A DNA stretch of 64,000 bases from Deferribacterales bacterium (GTDB lineage: Bacteria > Chrysiogenota > Deferribacteres > Deferribacterales > Geovibrionaceae), in contig JBFWMA010000004.1 in assembly GCA_050251875.1 (NCBI GenBank), positions 160,001 to 224,000 of the forward strand, read 5' to 3'. Both the position numbers and the translations under genes were made by a program. The stretch's first letter is position 1; each line of letters opens with the position of its first letter. Shown here in pieces: positions 39,220 to 50,492 of this stretch. The notes beneath the pieces are model-generated. The model was not told the DNA's origin, ran no database searches, and saw only the letters and a program-made list of their open reading frames with translations.

Positions 39220-41520
39220 ATGCGTTTTTTAAATATATTGCTGATCCTGCTTCTGTTTTGTTCATCTGCCCATGCCGTTCCGTCTGTCCGTGTGGCGTTC
39301 GTCCATGACGGATCATCGGAAACGGAAAAGCAGATGAGCGAACTCTACCGCAGAGAGATCACCGCTGTTACGGCGGGCAGCTATGCGGTCAGTTTTTATG
39401 ATTATTTCGGAGACAGAACCCCTGCGGGTGTCTCCGCCGTCCTGAACAGGCTGAACGACGACAAAACCACCGATATAATAATCGCTCTGGGGCTGATGAG
39501 CGGCAGAGAGGCTGTTCAGAAGCCTTCCGCAAAACCTCTGTTCATCCCATATTATCTGCGGCTTACGTCCCCTGTTCCGGTGAAAAAGAATATTATTCTG
39601 ACTCCGGTCAATATAGATTTCGAAACCGAGCTGGATGAGATGCTCAGGGTGCGGGATTTCAAAAACATGCTTCTGCTTCTGGACGACAGTTTCCGCAGTC
39701 AGTTCAGCGGAGAGATCAGTCAGGTTCGCCTGATAACCGCCAAGAGGGGTGTCCGTCTGGATATAGCCTATAACACAGACTCAAACGAGGATTTATCGGT
39801 GAAAATACCCGCCGGCACAGAGGCGGTGATGCTCAGCCCGCTGCCACGGCTGGATGGGCAGGCGCTGAAAAGACTGTCCGGAGCGCTGGCGGAAAGAAAT
39901 ATAGCGTCATACGCTCCTTTTGATTTTGACTATACGGAGAGGGGTTTTCTGATGTCCAGAGATTCCGGTCTGGACGCTGAGAAACGTGCCAGACTGGTCG
40001 CCGTAAACCTGACAGACGTTCTGAAAGGACAGAAGCCATCGTCTCAGGCGATGCTTTCCGATAAAAAACGTGATCTGATAATAAACATGAAAACAGCTTC
40101 CGAAATAGGTCTGGCTGTGCCTTTCAGCGTGCTGGAAGACGCCGTGCTCATAAATTCTGATGCCAGATGGAGCAAAAACCTCACCATCACCGATGCGGTG
40201 AAAGAGGCGGTCAGCGCCAACCTGAGCGTGATAGCCGGAGAGCTGGGCATAAAGGCGGACAGCGGAAACGTTGCCGAGGTGCGTTCACAGCTCTTTCCGC
40301 AGTTAAAGGCGGAGCTGGGCTACACCATGATAGACAAGAAGAACGATTTCGTGGAGCTGGGGTCATACGCCGATAAAAGCACGGACGGTTCTCTGTCCGC
40401 CCGTCAGCTGATCTTTTCCGAAAAGGTTCTGGCACAGCTCGAGATAATGAAGAAGAACCACACGGCGCTGACATATCAGCAGAAATATGTGGAGCTGGAG
40501 ACAGGGCGTCTGGCGGCTTCGGCGTTTCTGAACCTGCTGACGGCGCAGACCATATACAGCATACGTCAGGACAACCTTCGTCTGTGCGTTACCAACCTCG
40601 ATCTGGCTAAGGGCAGGGTTGAGGCGGGAGCGTCCGACATGTCGGATGTGTATTACTGGGAGAGCAACATCTCCTCCGCCAGACAGAGCATGCTGAACGC
40701 CTATTCTGACAAGGAAAAAGCGCTCTATGCGCTTAACCGTGTGCTGAACAGAAAGCTGACTGACAGATACACCCCCGTGGCTGTCACCCTGAACGGGCTT
40801 AATATGGAAAACGGGCTGAACAGGCTGATAACGGTTATAACCGATGAGAATAAATACGACTCCATGGCGGAGTTTCTGATAAACACGGCGGTGAGCGCAT
40901 CGCCGGAGCTGATGCGGATAGAGTCCCAGATCGGGGCGGCGTCCAGACAGCTTGTGTCCGACAGACGGTCGGACTATGTGCCGGATGTTTTCATATACGG
41001 CAGTCTCAGCCACAATTTTTATGAGTCCAGAGAACCGTACTCCGGAATAGATATGGAAGACGAAACGCACTGGCAGGCGGGAGTTGGTCTCTCTCTGCCC
41101 TTCTTCGAGGGCGGAGCGTCCAGAGCTCGTGTGACAAGGAGCAGATATCAGCTCGACAGGATGAACGTGTTCTACAGGGACGCCAGAAACGCCTTGGAAC
41201 AGGGGATTCTGAGCGATATCAGCTCACTGCGAGCCGGATACAAGGCGATCAGGCTTTCCGCCGAAGCGGCGGATACAGCCCGCCGGAGTTTTTATCTGAT
41301 CCGTGATAACTATGCGGAGGGCACAAAGCCCATGACCGATCTGCTCTCGGCGCAGAACGCCAGCATATCGGCAGATCTGGTATCGGCGAACGCTGTTTAC
41401 GGTTTCATGCAGAATGTTGTCCTGCTCCAGAGAGATTTGGGCTCTGTTTCGCTCTTTCTGGACGGCGGGGAATACAGTGAATTTACAAACAAGCTGATAG
41501 AACACATCGGCAAGGAATGA
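39220..41520 (+). CDS. TolC-family outer-membrane efflux protein with an N-terminal ABC substrate-binding-like domain
   Basis: Signal peptide; first ~310 aa end in IINMKTASEIGLAVPFSVL; C-terminal OEP repeats (LTITDAVKEA..AN, GLSLPFFEGG, DLLSAQ). Confidence 0.8.
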   Translation: MRFLNILLILLLFCSSAHAVPSVRVAFVHDGSSETEKQMSELYRREITAVTAGSYAVSFYDYFGDRTPAGVSAVLNRLNDDKTTDIIIALGLMSGREAVQKPSAKPLFIPYYLRLTSPVPVKKNIILTPVNIDFETELDEMLRVRDFKNMLLLLDDSFRSQFSGEISQVRLITAKRGVRLDIAYNTDSNEDLSVKIPAGTEAVMLSPLPRLDGQALKRLSGALAERNIASYAPFDFDYTERGFLMSRDSGLDAEKRARLVAVNLTDVLKGQKPSSQAMLSDKKRDLIINMKTASEIGLAVPFSVLEDAVLINSDARWSKNLTITDAVKEAVSANLSVIAGELGIKADSGNVAEVRSQLFPQLKAELGYTMIDKKNDFVELGSYADKSTDGSLSARQLIFSEKVLAQLEIMKKNHTALTYQQKYVELETGRLAASAFLNLLTAQTIYSIRQDNLRLCVTNLDLAKGRVEAGASDMSDVYYWESNISSARQSMLNAYSDKEKALYALNRVLNRKLTDRYTPVAVTLNGLNMENGLNRLITVITDENKYDSMAEFLINTAVSASPELMRIESQIGAASRQLVSDRRSDYVPDVFIYGSLSHNFYESREPYSGIDMEDETHWQAGVGLSLPFFEGGASRARVTRSRYQLDRMNVFYRDARNALEQGILSDISSLRAGYKAIRLSAEAADTARRSFYLIRDNYAEGTKPMTDLLSAQNASISADLVSANAVYGFMQNVVLLQRDLGSVSLFLDGGEYSEFTNKLIEHIGKE

Positions 41521-41523
41521 TCT

Positions 41524-42510
41524 ATGTCTAAGTCAGTAATGAGAAAAACAGTATACGGCCTTTTAACGGTTGTGGTTCTGGCTGCCGCCGCTTATGGGGT
41601 ATATCACTATACCAGACCAAAACCGCCTGTGATGTTCGCTTCCGGAAACGGGCGGATAGAATCCACCGAGGCGGATATTACGGCAAAGATTCCCGGCAGG
41701 CTCACCGAGGTGCTGGCGCATGAGGGCGATATGGTGGCGCAGGGACAGCTCATGGCACGGATAGACGTGGACGAGCTCACCGCAAAGCTGAATCAGGCGA
41801 AGGCTCAGGTCATGCAGACCATAGAAAACAAGAAATACGCCGAGGCGGTGGTTAAGCAGAAGCTGTCTGAGCTGTCTCTGGCGCAGAAAAACTATGAACG
41901 GGCAAAAAATCTGTACGTTAACAAAAATATATCTCTGGTTCAGCTCCAGCAGGCGGAGACAAACGTGGACAGCATCCGCGCGGCGATAGACGCTTCGAAA
42001 GCGAGCGTTGTCAGCGCAGAGGCGGCGATCAATGCCGCTGTGGCTCAGAAAGAGGCTGTGGAAGCCAATCTGAAGGACACAGAACTGGTGTCTCCCATCT
42101 CCGGTCGTGTTCAGTACAGGCTGATGGAGCCGGGCGAGGTTATCCCCGCCGGCGGCAAGGTGCTGGTGGTTCAGGATCTGACAGATGTGTATATGACGAT
42201 ATTTCTGCCCACGGAATACGCCGGAAAGATAGATATAGGGGCTGAATCCAGGATAGTTCTGGACGCTCTGCCGGGCGTAGCCATTCCGGCGAAGGTATCG
42301 TTCATCTCTTCCGAGGCGCAGTTCACCCCGAAAGAGATAGAGACGCAGAACGAGCGTGAAAAGCTGGTTTTCAGAGTGAAAGTAAGGATAGACGAAGCTC
42401 TGCTGGAAAAATATAAGGAAAAAGTGAAAACAGGTCTGCCGGGTGTGGCGTATGTCCGTCTGGATAAAAACGCCGAATGGCCTCAGGAACTCGGACGTCT
42501 GGCGAAATAG
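41524..42510 (+). CDS. HlyD-family periplasmic adaptor (YhiI-like)
   Basis: ASGNGRIE, lipoyl halves, coiled coil, [25 protein letters not shown]. Confidence 0.9.
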   Translation: MSKSVMRKTVYGLLTVVVLAAAAYGVYHYTRPKPPVMFASGNGRIESTEADITAKIPGRLTEVLAHEGDMVAQGQLMARIDVDELTAKLNQAKAQVMQTIENKKYAEAVVKQKLSELSLAQKNYERAKNLYVNKNISLVQLQQAETNVDSIRAAIDASKASVVSAEAAINAAVAQKEAVEANLKDTELVSPISGRVQYRLMEPGEVIPAGGKVLVVQDLTDVYMTIFLPTEYAGKIDIGAESRIVLDALPGVAIPAKVSFISSEAQFTPKEIETQNEREKLVFRVKVRIDEALLEKYKEKVKTGLPGVAYVRLDKNAEWPQELGRLAK

Positions 42511-42512
42511 AT

Positions 42513-45227
42513 ATGGAAACGGTAGCCCGTATAACAGAACTGAGTCATAAATATGGCGGTGTGACGGCTGTGGACAATGTTTCTCTGTCCATCCCCGCCG
42601 GAGTGATGGTGGGGTTCATCGGTCCTGACGGAGTGGGTAAATCCAGCGTGCTGGCGCTCATCTCCGGAGTCCGTGTGATACAAAAGGGCAGGGTGGAGGT
42701 TTTCGGCGGAGATATGTCCGTCAGGAGCTTCCGTGACGATGTATGCCCCAGAATAGCCTATATGCCGCAGGGACTTGGAAAGAATCTCTACATGTCTCTG
42801 TCTGTGTATGAGAATGTGGAATTCTTCTCACGTCTTTTCGGTCAGGGCAGAAGAGAGCGGGGCGAGCGGATAGACATGCTGCTGAAAAGCACAGGACTCT
42901 ATCCCTTTCGTGACCGTCCGGCTGGAAAGCTCTCCGGCGGGATGAAACAGAAGCTGGGGCTCTGCTGTGCTCTCATTCACGACCCGGACCTGCTGATTCT
43001 GGACGAACCCACCACGGGCGTTGACCCGCTTTCCCGCAGACAGTTCTGGGATCTGATACAGAGCATCCGGAGCGGCAGTCCGGACATGAGCGTCATGGTT
43101 GCCACCGCATATATGGAAGAGGCGGAGGGGTTCGACTGGATAGTCGCCATGGACGACGGCAAGGTGCTGGCGTCTGGAACACCGGAAGAGATTCTGGAAA
43201 AGACCGGAACGGATAATTTCGACGCCGCTTTCATAGAGCTTCTGCCGGAAGAGAAGAGAAAAGATCACAAGACGCTGACAGTCCCCGAAAGACCTGAAGA
43301 CGGCGGTGAATACGCCATCACGGCGGAAAATCTGACAATGAGATTCGGTGATTTCACCGCTGTGGATAATGTCAGCTTCAGAATAGAAAAAGGCGAGATT
43401 TTCGGTTTCCTCGGTTCGAACGGATGCGGCAAAACCACCACTATGAAGATGCTGACCGGGCTTCTGAAACCCACAGAGGGGCATGCCGAGCTGTTCGGCG
43501 AAAGCTCCGCCAGAAGGGGAGACGTCAGACGCCGTGTGGGCTACATGACACAGGCGTTCTCTCTGTATACGGAGCTGACAGTGCTCCAGAACCTGATGCT
43601 CCACGCCAGACTCTATCACCTGCCAAAAGACAGGATAGTGCCGAGGGTGGAGGAACTGCTCAGCAGATTCAATCTGAAAAATTATGAAAACTCGCTTACG
43701 GATTCGCTCCCGCTGGGCATCAGACAGAGGCTGTCTCTGGCTGTGGCGGTGGTGCACAGTCCGGACATGCTGATTCTGGACGAGCCCACATCCGGAGTTG
43801 ACCCGGTTTCCAGAGACATCTTCTGGGAACTGCTGATAGACCTTTCACGCAGAGACGGCGTAACCATATTCGTCTCCACCCACTTCATGAACGAGGGCGA
43901 GCGGTGCGACCGGATATCTCTGATGCATCAGGGAACCGTTCTGGACAGCGACAAACCGTCCGAGCTGGTGAAAAAACGTGGAAAAAACACTCTGGAAGAG
44001 GCGTTCATAGACTATCTGAAAGAGGCGGCGGGAACAGAGGAAGATACGACTGAGCCGGTGCAGGGAGCTGTGCGGAAAGAGCACGCTAAACAGTCGGATA
44101 TTTTCAGCATGCGCAGACTGCTGGGATATACATACAGAGAATCGCTGGAACTGATCCGTGACCCTGTGAGGCTGACATTCGCCTTTCTGGGCATGGTTTT
44201 TCTGATGTTCATCGTGGGCAACGGCATCAATCTGGATGTGGACAATATGAAGTTCGCCGTGCTGGATGAGGACTATACCCAGCAGAGCGTTGACTATATT
44301 CAGAATATTTCGGGTTCGAGATATTTCACGGAATACAAAGAGATAAAGAGCATGACCGAGCTGGACAGCCGGATGAAGAGCGGCGAGCTGGTGATGGCGT
44401 TGATGATTCCTTCCGGTTTCGGCAAGGATATAAAACAGGGCAGACACACAGAGGTTGGCGTCTGGGTGGACGGTTCTCTGCCTTTCCGGGCGGAGACCAT
44501 CAAGGGATACATACAGGGCATGCATTACGATTATCTCGCCAAGCTGGCGAAAAAGACATACGGAACGGATGTGTCGCTCTATCCCGCCAACATCGAGATG
44601 CGCTACAGGTATAATCCGGATTTCAAGAGCATATACGCCATGGTTCCGGCAATCATCCCCATGCTTCTGGTTTTTATCCCGTCTATTCTGATGGCGCTGA
44701 GCGTGGTGCGTGAGAAGGAGCTGGGCTCCATAACCAATTTTTACGCCACCCCGGTGACACGTCTGGAATTTGTGCTGGGCAAACAGCTTCCGTATATCGC
44801 GGTGAGCATGGTGGGCTTCTTCGGGCTGATAGCGCAGTCCGTGTATATGTTTAATGTGCCTGTGCGGGGCAGCATGCTTTTGCTGACCGCGGCGGCTCTG
44901 CTGTATGTCACGGTCACCACCGGGTTCGGGCTTCTGATATCTTCTTTTACAAAGACACAGGTGGCGGCTCTTGCCGGAACGGCGCTTCTGACGCTGATTC
45001 CCACCATAAACTATGCCGGGCTGAAAGATCCGGTATCGTCCCTTCAGGGATTCGGCGCCGTGATAGGGCATGTCTTTCCGGCGACATATTTTATAAACAT
45101 CAGCCGTGGACTGTTCAGCAAGACGCTGAGCTTCAGCGATATGTACCCCAACTATGCTGTGCTGGTGCTCTCTGCCGTTGTGATAACGGCGGTCAGCATG
45201 CTTCTGCTCAAGAAGCAGGAGAGATGA
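42513..45227 (+). CDS. rbbA: RbbA-like dual ABC ATPase-permease fusion
   Basis: Walker A GPDGVGKS and [13 protein letters not shown] and LPLG signatures, C-terminal ABC-2 permease ([19 protein letters not shown]). Confidence 0.9.
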   Translation: METVARITELSHKYGGVTAVDNVSLSIPAGVMVGFIGPDGVGKSSVLALISGVRVIQKGRVEVFGGDMSVRSFRDDVCPRIAYMPQGLGKNLYMSLSVYENVEFFSRLFGQGRRERGERIDMLLKSTGLYPFRDRPAGKLSGGMKQKLGLCCALIHDPDLLILDEPTTGVDPLSRRQFWDLIQSIRSGSPDMSVMVATAYMEEAEGFDWIVAMDDGKVLASGTPEEILEKTGTDNFDAAFIELLPEEKRKDHKTLTVPERPEDGGEYAITAENLTMRFGDFTAVDNVSFRIEKGEIFGFLGSNGCGKTTTMKMLTGLLKPTEGHAELFGESSARRGDVRRRVGYMTQAFSLYTELTVLQNLMLHARLYHLPKDRIVPRVEELLSRFNLKNYENSLTDSLPLGIRQRLSLAVAVVHSPDMLILDEPTSGVDPVSRDIFWELLIDLSRRDGVTIFVSTHFMNEGERCDRISLMHQGTVLDSDKPSELVKKRGKNTLEEAFIDYLKEAAGTEEDTTEPVQGAVRKEHAKQSDIFSMRRLLGYTYRESLELIRDPVRLTFAFLGMVFLMFIVGNGINLDVDNMKFAVLDEDYTQQSVDYIQNISGSRYFTEYKEIKSMTELDSRMKSGELVMALMIPSGFGKDIKQGRHTEVGVWVDGSLPFRAETIKGYIQGMHYDYLAKLAKKTYGTDVSLYPANIEMRYRYNPDFKSIYAMVPAIIPMLLVFIPSILMALSVVREKELGSITNFYATPVTRLEFVLGKQLPYIAVSMVGFFGLIAQSVYMFNVPVRGSMLLLTAAALLYVTVTTGFGLLISSFTKTQVAALAGTALLTLIPTINYAGLKDPVSSLQGFGAVIGHVFPATYFINISRGLFSKTLSFSDMYPNYAVLVLSAVVITAVSMLLLKKQER

Positions 45228-45228
45228 C

Positions 45229-46347
45229 ATGCGGCATCTGAAAAATATATTCAACCTGGGGCTGAAAGAATTCATGGGGCTGTGGCGGGACAAGGTGATG
45301 TTCGCCCTTTTGATATACGCCTTCACCTTCGGAATATATGTCGGGGCGGTGTCGCTCTCCAGCGAACTGAGAAACGCCCCTGTCGCCTTCATAGACGAAG
45401 ACCGCTCAGAGCTCTCCGCCAGAATAATCGATTCGTTCTATGGTCCTTACTTCACCAAGCCGGAGCTGATAGACATAGCGCAGGCGGACAAAGGTCTCGA
45501 TTCCGGCATATACACATTCGTGGTGGATATCCCGCCTGATTTCGAAAAGGATATAATGCGGGGTCAGAAACCCTCGCTTCAGCTGAATATAGATGCCACC
45601 CGCATGACGCAGGCGGGGGTCGGTTCCGGGTATGTGCAGAATATAATAGTGAAAGAGATCAACGCTTTCGTCCATCCGTCACAGACGGCGGAACTGCCAA
45701 TAGATATAGTAACCAGAGTAAAATACAACGCTAATCTGGAGAGCAGCTGGTTCGGCGGTGTTATGGAGATGGTGAACAACATAGCCATGTTCTCTATCCT
45801 GCTCACCGGAGCGGCGTTCATCAGAGAGAGGGAGCACGGCACTCTGGAGCACCTGCTCGTCATGCCCCTGAACGCTTTCGAGGTGATGATGGCGAAGATA
45901 TGGTCCATGGGTCTGGTGGTGCTCATCATGTCGTCACTGTCTCTTCAGATTATATTAAAAGGCATAATCGGCGTCCCCGTTCAGGGCTCTATGGCTCTTT
46001 TTATGTGCGGCAGCGCTCTTCTGCTTTTTTCCACCACCTCGATGGGGATATTTTTGGGTACGATTTCACGCACCATGCCCCAGCTGGGTCTGCTGTTTAT
46101 CCTGACTATCCTGCCTATGGAGGTGCTCTCCGGCGGGTTTACGGCTTTCGACAGTATGCCTCTCACTGTTCAGCGTATCATGATGGTCGCCCCCACGCCC
46201 CACTTCGTGGCGCTGGCGCAGGGCATCATATTCCGTGGTGCGGGGCTGGCGGAGGTATGGCATAATATGGTTGTGATGTTTGTGATAGGACTGGTCTTTT
46301 TCAGCCTGTCGCTTATTCTTTTCAGAAAGAGCCTCAGCTCTTCATAG
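45229..46347 (+). CDS. ABC-2 type permease (YhhJ-like)
   Basis: LGLKE, IDATRM.QA..G.GY, IREREHGTLEHLLVMP. Confidence 0.9.
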   Translation: MRHLKNIFNLGLKEFMGLWRDKVMFALLIYAFTFGIYVGAVSLSSELRNAPVAFIDEDRSELSARIIDSFYGPYFTKPELIDIAQADKGLDSGIYTFVVDIPPDFEKDIMRGQKPSLQLNIDATRMTQAGVGSGYVQNIIVKEINAFVHPSQTAELPIDIVTRVKYNANLESSWFGGVMEMVNNIAMFSILLTGAAFIREREHGTLEHLLVMPLNAFEVMMAKIWSMGLVVLIMSSLSLQIILKGIIGVPVQGSMALFMCGSALLLFSTTSMGIFLGTISRTMPQLGLLFILTILPMEVLSGGFTAFDSMPLTVQRIMMVAPTPHFVALAQGIIFRGAGLAEVWHNMVVMFVIGLVFFSLSLILFRKSLSSS

Positions 46348-46364
46348 GATGATAAGGGGATCGG

Positions 46365-46955
46365 ATGATAACTGCGTGCAGAGCCTGCGGACTGATAATA
46401 AACGCTGACACCGAAAACTGTGAGGGGCGCATGATGTGTCCCAGATGTTCACATGTGGTATTCCGCCGCAGAAACATGACATACGCTCTGGCTCTCAGCC
46501 TGTCGGCGGTGTTTCTGATGCTTCCCGCCATGCTTTTTCCGTTTCTGAGGATAATGATAAACGATACTATACTTTCCACCACACTGTTTCAGAGCGTTTC
46601 GGCTCTGAACAGCGAAGGATATCTTCCGGCGGGAGCGGCTGTTTTTCTCACAGCTTTTCTGGTGCCTCTGTTTTATCTTTTTTCTGTCTGCTATGTGTCC
46701 TTTGACGTGGTGACGGGGATTCGTCTGCCTCTGGCGGAGTATCTGGCGCACACCGTGCACAGGCTGAAACACTGGCACATGGTGGATGTTTTTCTGGTGG
46801 GTGTGCTGGTCAGCGTGGTTAAGCTGGTGGATATGGCGGATGTAACGCTGGGCGCCGGATTTTATCTGCTGGCGGTTATATGTTTTTTTATAATTACCGC
46901 AGGGGTTTTTTATGACTCCAGAACATTCTGGAACAGCAGGCAAAGCCATGACTGA
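46365..46955 (+). CDS. pqiA: Paraquat-inducible protein A (PqiA/LetA) half 1
   Basis: CRAC..CPRC zinc ribbon, PA...PF, W.MVDVFLVGVLVSVVKL. Confidence 0.85.
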   Translation: MITACRACGLIINADTENCEGRMMCPRCSHVVFRRRNMTYALALSLSAVFLMLPAMLFPFLRIMINDTILSTTLFQSVSALNSEGYLPAGAAVFLTAFLVPLFYLFSVCYVSFDVVTGIRLPLAEYLAHTVHRLKHWHMVDVFLVGVLVSVVKLVDMADVTLGAGFYLLAVICFFIITAGVFYDSRTFWNSRQSHD

Positions 46956-47544
46956 TATCGAAGCGGGATATATTCTCTGCGCCGAATGCGGAACGCTGGT
47001 ACGCTCGGACGAGCCGGAGGCATACTGCGGACACTGCGGTGCGCATGTCAGAAGACGGAGCGCAGACAGCCTGAACAGAGCCTGGGCGCTGTCCATCGCC
47101 GCTCTGATACTCTATCTGCCTGCGAATATTTTTCCGATTATGGATGTGCGGATAATGGGCGAAAGCAGTACCAACACTATATTGGGCGGGGTTATACAGT
47201 TTTTTCAGCACCGGATGTATTTCATATGCGCCGTGGTTTTCGTGGCGAGTTTTGTGGTGCCTCTGTTCAAGCTGTCGGCGCTGTTCTACATTCTCCTGAC
47301 GCTTAATAAAGAAAAGAGCCTGTCGAACAGAAAGAAGACAACGCTCTTTAAAATAGTAGAGATAATAGGAAAATGGTCCATGCTGGATGTCTTCGTGGTG
47401 GGCATCATGGCGGGGCTGATAGATACGGGATATCTGCTGAAGATAACGGCGGGACCCGGGATCGTGTTTTTCGCCTCGGTGGTGATTCTCACCATGATGG
47501 CGTCAGCCAGTTTCGACACCAGACTGATATGGGACAAAGGATGA
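46948..47544 (+). CDS. pqiA: Paraquat-inducible protein A (PqiA/LetA) half 2
   Basis: CAEC..CGHC, LYLPAN..PIM, ASFVVP.FK, IGKWSMLDVFVV, FD.RLIWD. Confidence 0.88.
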   Translation: MTDIEAGYILCAECGTLVRSDEPEAYCGHCGAHVRRRSADSLNRAWALSIAALILYLPANIFPIMDVRIMGESSTNTILGGVIQFFQHRMYFICAVVFVASFVVPLFKLSALFYILLTLNKEKSLSNRKKTTLFKIVEIIGKWSMLDVFVVGIMAGLIDTGYLLKITAGPGIVFFASVVILTMMASASFDTRLIWDKG

Positions 47545-47548
47545 TGAT

Positions 47549-50491
47549 ATGACAGAAATACCGGAAGCTATAAAGAAGAAAACCAGAAAATTTTCACCCG
47601 TGTGGCTCACGCCCATACTGGCGCTGGCTATCACAGTCTGGCTGATATACAACGGATATGTTAACTCCGGCAAGGAGATACGCATAAGGTTCGATTCCGG
47701 ATCGGACATAGTGGTGGGCAAGACTCTGGTGAAATACAGAGGTATTCCCGTGGGCAAGGTGATCGATCTGGAGATCGCCGACACTCTGGACAAGGTGGAC
47801 GCCGTGATTAAGCTGGACAAGAGAGCTGACGCCATAGCCAGAGAGGGGATGCGGTTCTGGATAGTCAAGCCGAGAATCAGCATAAACCAGATTACAGGGC
47901 TTGAGACCATCATGTCGGGTACATATATCGAGATGGCGCCTCCGTTTTATGACAAGGAGGAGCTGGCTAAGCTGAAAGAGACGAATTTTTTCATAGGTCT
48001 GTCTGAACCTGCCGATCTGGAGACGGAGAAGGACGCCGTGAATGTCAACCTGTTCAGTGTCAAGGATATGGGGATATACAGCGGAATGGGAGTGTATTTC
48101 AACGGAATATCCGCCGGAAGGGTTCTGGGCGTGCGCTATGACAGAGAGACGAACAAATATAACGTAAGTGTCTCCGTAAGCAAGGAATATCAGAAATATA
48201 TCAATAAACACACAAAATTCTGGAACGTGGGCGGCATAGACATGAGGCTGGATTCCGCCGGATTCTCGCTTCAGGTGCCTCAGTTCAACAGTCTGCTTCA
48301 GGGCGGGGTCGCCTTCGACTCGGATATCCAGACGGACACCGCTCAGCCGGAGGAGAGCTATGAGGTTTTCAGCAGTTACTCATCCACCCTTTTGTCGCCG
48401 GAGACAGTGACTCTGTATATGCCTGAGTGTTACGGCATGAAGGACGGCAGAACGCCAGTGATGTTCAAAGGCGTTCAGGCGGGGATTGTGGATTCTCTGG
48501 ATATCAACGATAAACAGCAGTGTGTCGCTTCCATCAAGCTGAACAGAAAGTTCGGCTATCTGGCGGCGCATAACAGCAGATTTGTTCTGGAACAGCCGGA
48601 AATCTCTCTGGGCGGAGTCAAAAATATCTCGTCAGCGCTTCTGGGCGTATATATTCAGGTGGAATCCGGCGGAGGAGCAGTCAGGAGGGAATTTACCCTG
48701 TCTGACAGACCGATAATCACCGTGCCGGAGGGTTCCTTCAGGCTGACGCTGAAAGCCGACAGCAGGGCGGTTTCTGACGAGGGCGAGGGAATATACTATA
48801 AAGGCGTGAAGATAGGTATGGTGACATCCGTCAGTCTTAGAAACAGTCTCACCCTGTATGGGGCGGTTATCTTTCCAGAGTATAAGAAGCTGGCTGTGAC
48901 CGGGCTTTATCTGTATAAACCGGATCTTTTCAAGATGAGCTATGCCTCCGGACAGCTTCGTGTGGACACAGAGCCGGGCGCTCTGACAAGGGGCGGTATA
49001 TCCGCCGGATTTTTCGGCGCTCAGGGTTCGCCTCTGAAAGAGGGAGCGGCGCTGACTCTGTATTCTGACGAGGATTCCGCCAGACGGGCGGATATCTCTT
49101 CCGGAGGGCTGACTCAGGTCAGTCTGAAGACATCGGACGCATTCGGGCTGGGTTCCGGCTCGCCTGTGTATTTTAAGGGCGTTCAGGCGGGAGAGATCGC
49201 TTCCGTGGATGTTTCATCTGACGGTTCCGTGGACGTGCGGGCGGTGATCTATCCGGGCAGGGTGAAGAAGGACAGCGGTATGATCTTCTGGAAAAACGGC
49301 GTGATGAGCGCCGATTTATCCGCCAACGGTCTGGAGATGCAGGCGCCCACATTGCAGGAGGCTTTCTCCGGAGGGCTTTCATTTGATGTGACAGCGGAAG
49401 GGGCGAAGAGCTCTTATCATATATACGACAGCAGGCTGGAGGCGGAGAGGGTCATCAGAAGACTGAACGCCGGAAAGACAGTCCGGCTGTATTACAATGA
49501 TGTCGTGCCTCCCGAAGAGGATTCCCCCGTGTATTTCAACGGGATTAAGACTGGTTTTTCATCCGCCGCAGGATATGACAAAAAGCTGAACACATCCTAT
49601 GTGGATATACTGATAGATAAAAAATACGCCGGAACGGTAGGTCAGTTCACCCGCTTCTATAATGCCGGAATAGCCTCCGTGGGGGTTAAGGGCGGCGCTA
49701 TAGAGGTGCACGCTGAGCCTTTCATGAACTATGTCAGCGGAGCCGTCTATTATGAAACATTTGCCAGTTCAGGCGGCGCAGACAGGCTCTATGCGGACAG
49801 AAAATCTGCCGAAGCGCCGGATCATCTGGGGATATATGTTTATCTGAACGGCACTGTGTCTCTGAAAGAGGGGGCGGATGTTGTCTGTGACGGCAGAAAA
49901 GTAGGGTATATCAGCAGAATAAACGATCGTGGCGGTAAGAAGAGAGCCTATGCCCTGATATACAGAGAGAACAGCGGACTGCTGTCTGAGGGGGCGGTCT
50001 TGTGGACGGAAGATATAGAGATATCTCTGGACGGGATCAAAAATGCCGATTCGGCGCTGTTCGGAACCAAGCTGGCTATGAAGGGCGGAAACGGCAAGCC
50101 GAAAACCGAGTTTACGCTTTCGGATAAATATATGGCGATGGACGGACTGCGTATCGTGGTTACCGCTGATTCCAGAAATTCTCTGGAGCAGGGTTCGCCT
50201 GTTTACTACAGACAGGTTCAGGTGGGCGAGGTGGAGAGCGTAAAACTGTCTGATGACGCTAAGAGTGTTGAGATAAAAGTATTCATACAGAAGAAACACG
50301 CCCCGCTTGTCCGGACATCCAGCGTGTTCACCGCCGTGAGCGGTGTGGACGCCAGCTATGGAATATTCAAAGGCGTGAGGATAAAGACCGGCACGGTGAA
50401 ATCCATGATAAAAGGCGGTCTGGAGTTCACCACGGACGAGTCGAAGGGCGAGCCGATGAAAGACGGCGGCACCATCGCTCTGACAAAATAG
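47549..50491 (+). CDS. Multi-MCE (MlaD-domain) lipid-tunnel protein, LetB/PqiB-like, about 8 MCE domains
   Basis: N-terminal SPVWL.P TM, then eight repeats of the MCE core (L..G..V.Y/F.G..VG.V). Confidence 0.88.
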   Translation: MTEIPEAIKKKTRKFSPVWLTPILALAITVWLIYNGYVNSGKEIRIRFDSGSDIVVGKTLVKYRGIPVGKVIDLEIADTLDKVDAVIKLDKRADAIAREGMRFWIVKPRISINQITGLETIMSGTYIEMAPPFYDKEELAKLKETNFFIGLSEPADLETEKDAVNVNLFSVKDMGIYSGMGVYFNGISAGRVLGVRYDRETNKYNVSVSVSKEYQKYINKHTKFWNVGGIDMRLDSAGFSLQVPQFNSLLQGGVAFDSDIQTDTAQPEESYEVFSSYSSTLLSPETVTLYMPECYGMKDGRTPVMFKGVQAGIVDSLDINDKQQCVASIKLNRKFGYLAAHNSRFVLEQPEISLGGVKNISSALLGVYIQVESGGGAVRREFTLSDRPIITVPEGSFRLTLKADSRAVSDEGEGIYYKGVKIGMVTSVSLRNSLTLYGAVIFPEYKKLAVTGLYLYKPDLFKMSYASGQLRVDTEPGALTRGGISAGFFGAQGSPLKEGAALTLYSDEDSARRADISSGGLTQVSLKTSDAFGLGSGSPVYFKGVQAGEIASVDVSSDGSVDVRAVIYPGRVKKDSGMIFWKNGVMSADLSANGLEMQAPTLQEAFSGGLSFDVTAEGAKSSYHIYDSRLEAERVIRRLNAGKTVRLYYNDVVPPEEDSPVYFNGIKTGFSSAAGYDKKLNTSYVDILIDKKYAGTVGQFTRFYNAGIASVGVKGGAIEVHAEPFMNYVSGAVYYETFASSGGADRLYADRKSAEAPDHLGIYVYLNGTVSLKEGADVVCDGRKVGYISRINDRGGKKRAYALIYRENSGLLSEGAVLWTEDIEISLDGIKNADSALFGTKLAMKGGNGKPKTEFTLSDKYMAMDGLRIVVTADSRNSLEQGSPVYYRQVQVGEVESVKLSDDAKSVEIKVFIQKKHAPLVRTSSVFTAVSGVDASYGIFKGVRIKTGTVKSMIKGGLEFTTDESKGEPMKDGGTIALTK

Positions 50492-50492
50492 T

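Noticed and set aside
43845..45392. 515-aa minus-strand ORF and similar long antisense ORFs (e.g. 4225-5316, 30876-31775, 42828-43757)
   Set aside because: Shadows of well-supported genes, expected from codon bias; no domain signatures.
46365..47544. pqiA as a frameshifted pseudogene
   Set aside because: Each half has its own start, zinc ribbon and full domain, with an 8-bp stop/start overlap; two-gene pqiA arrangements are common.
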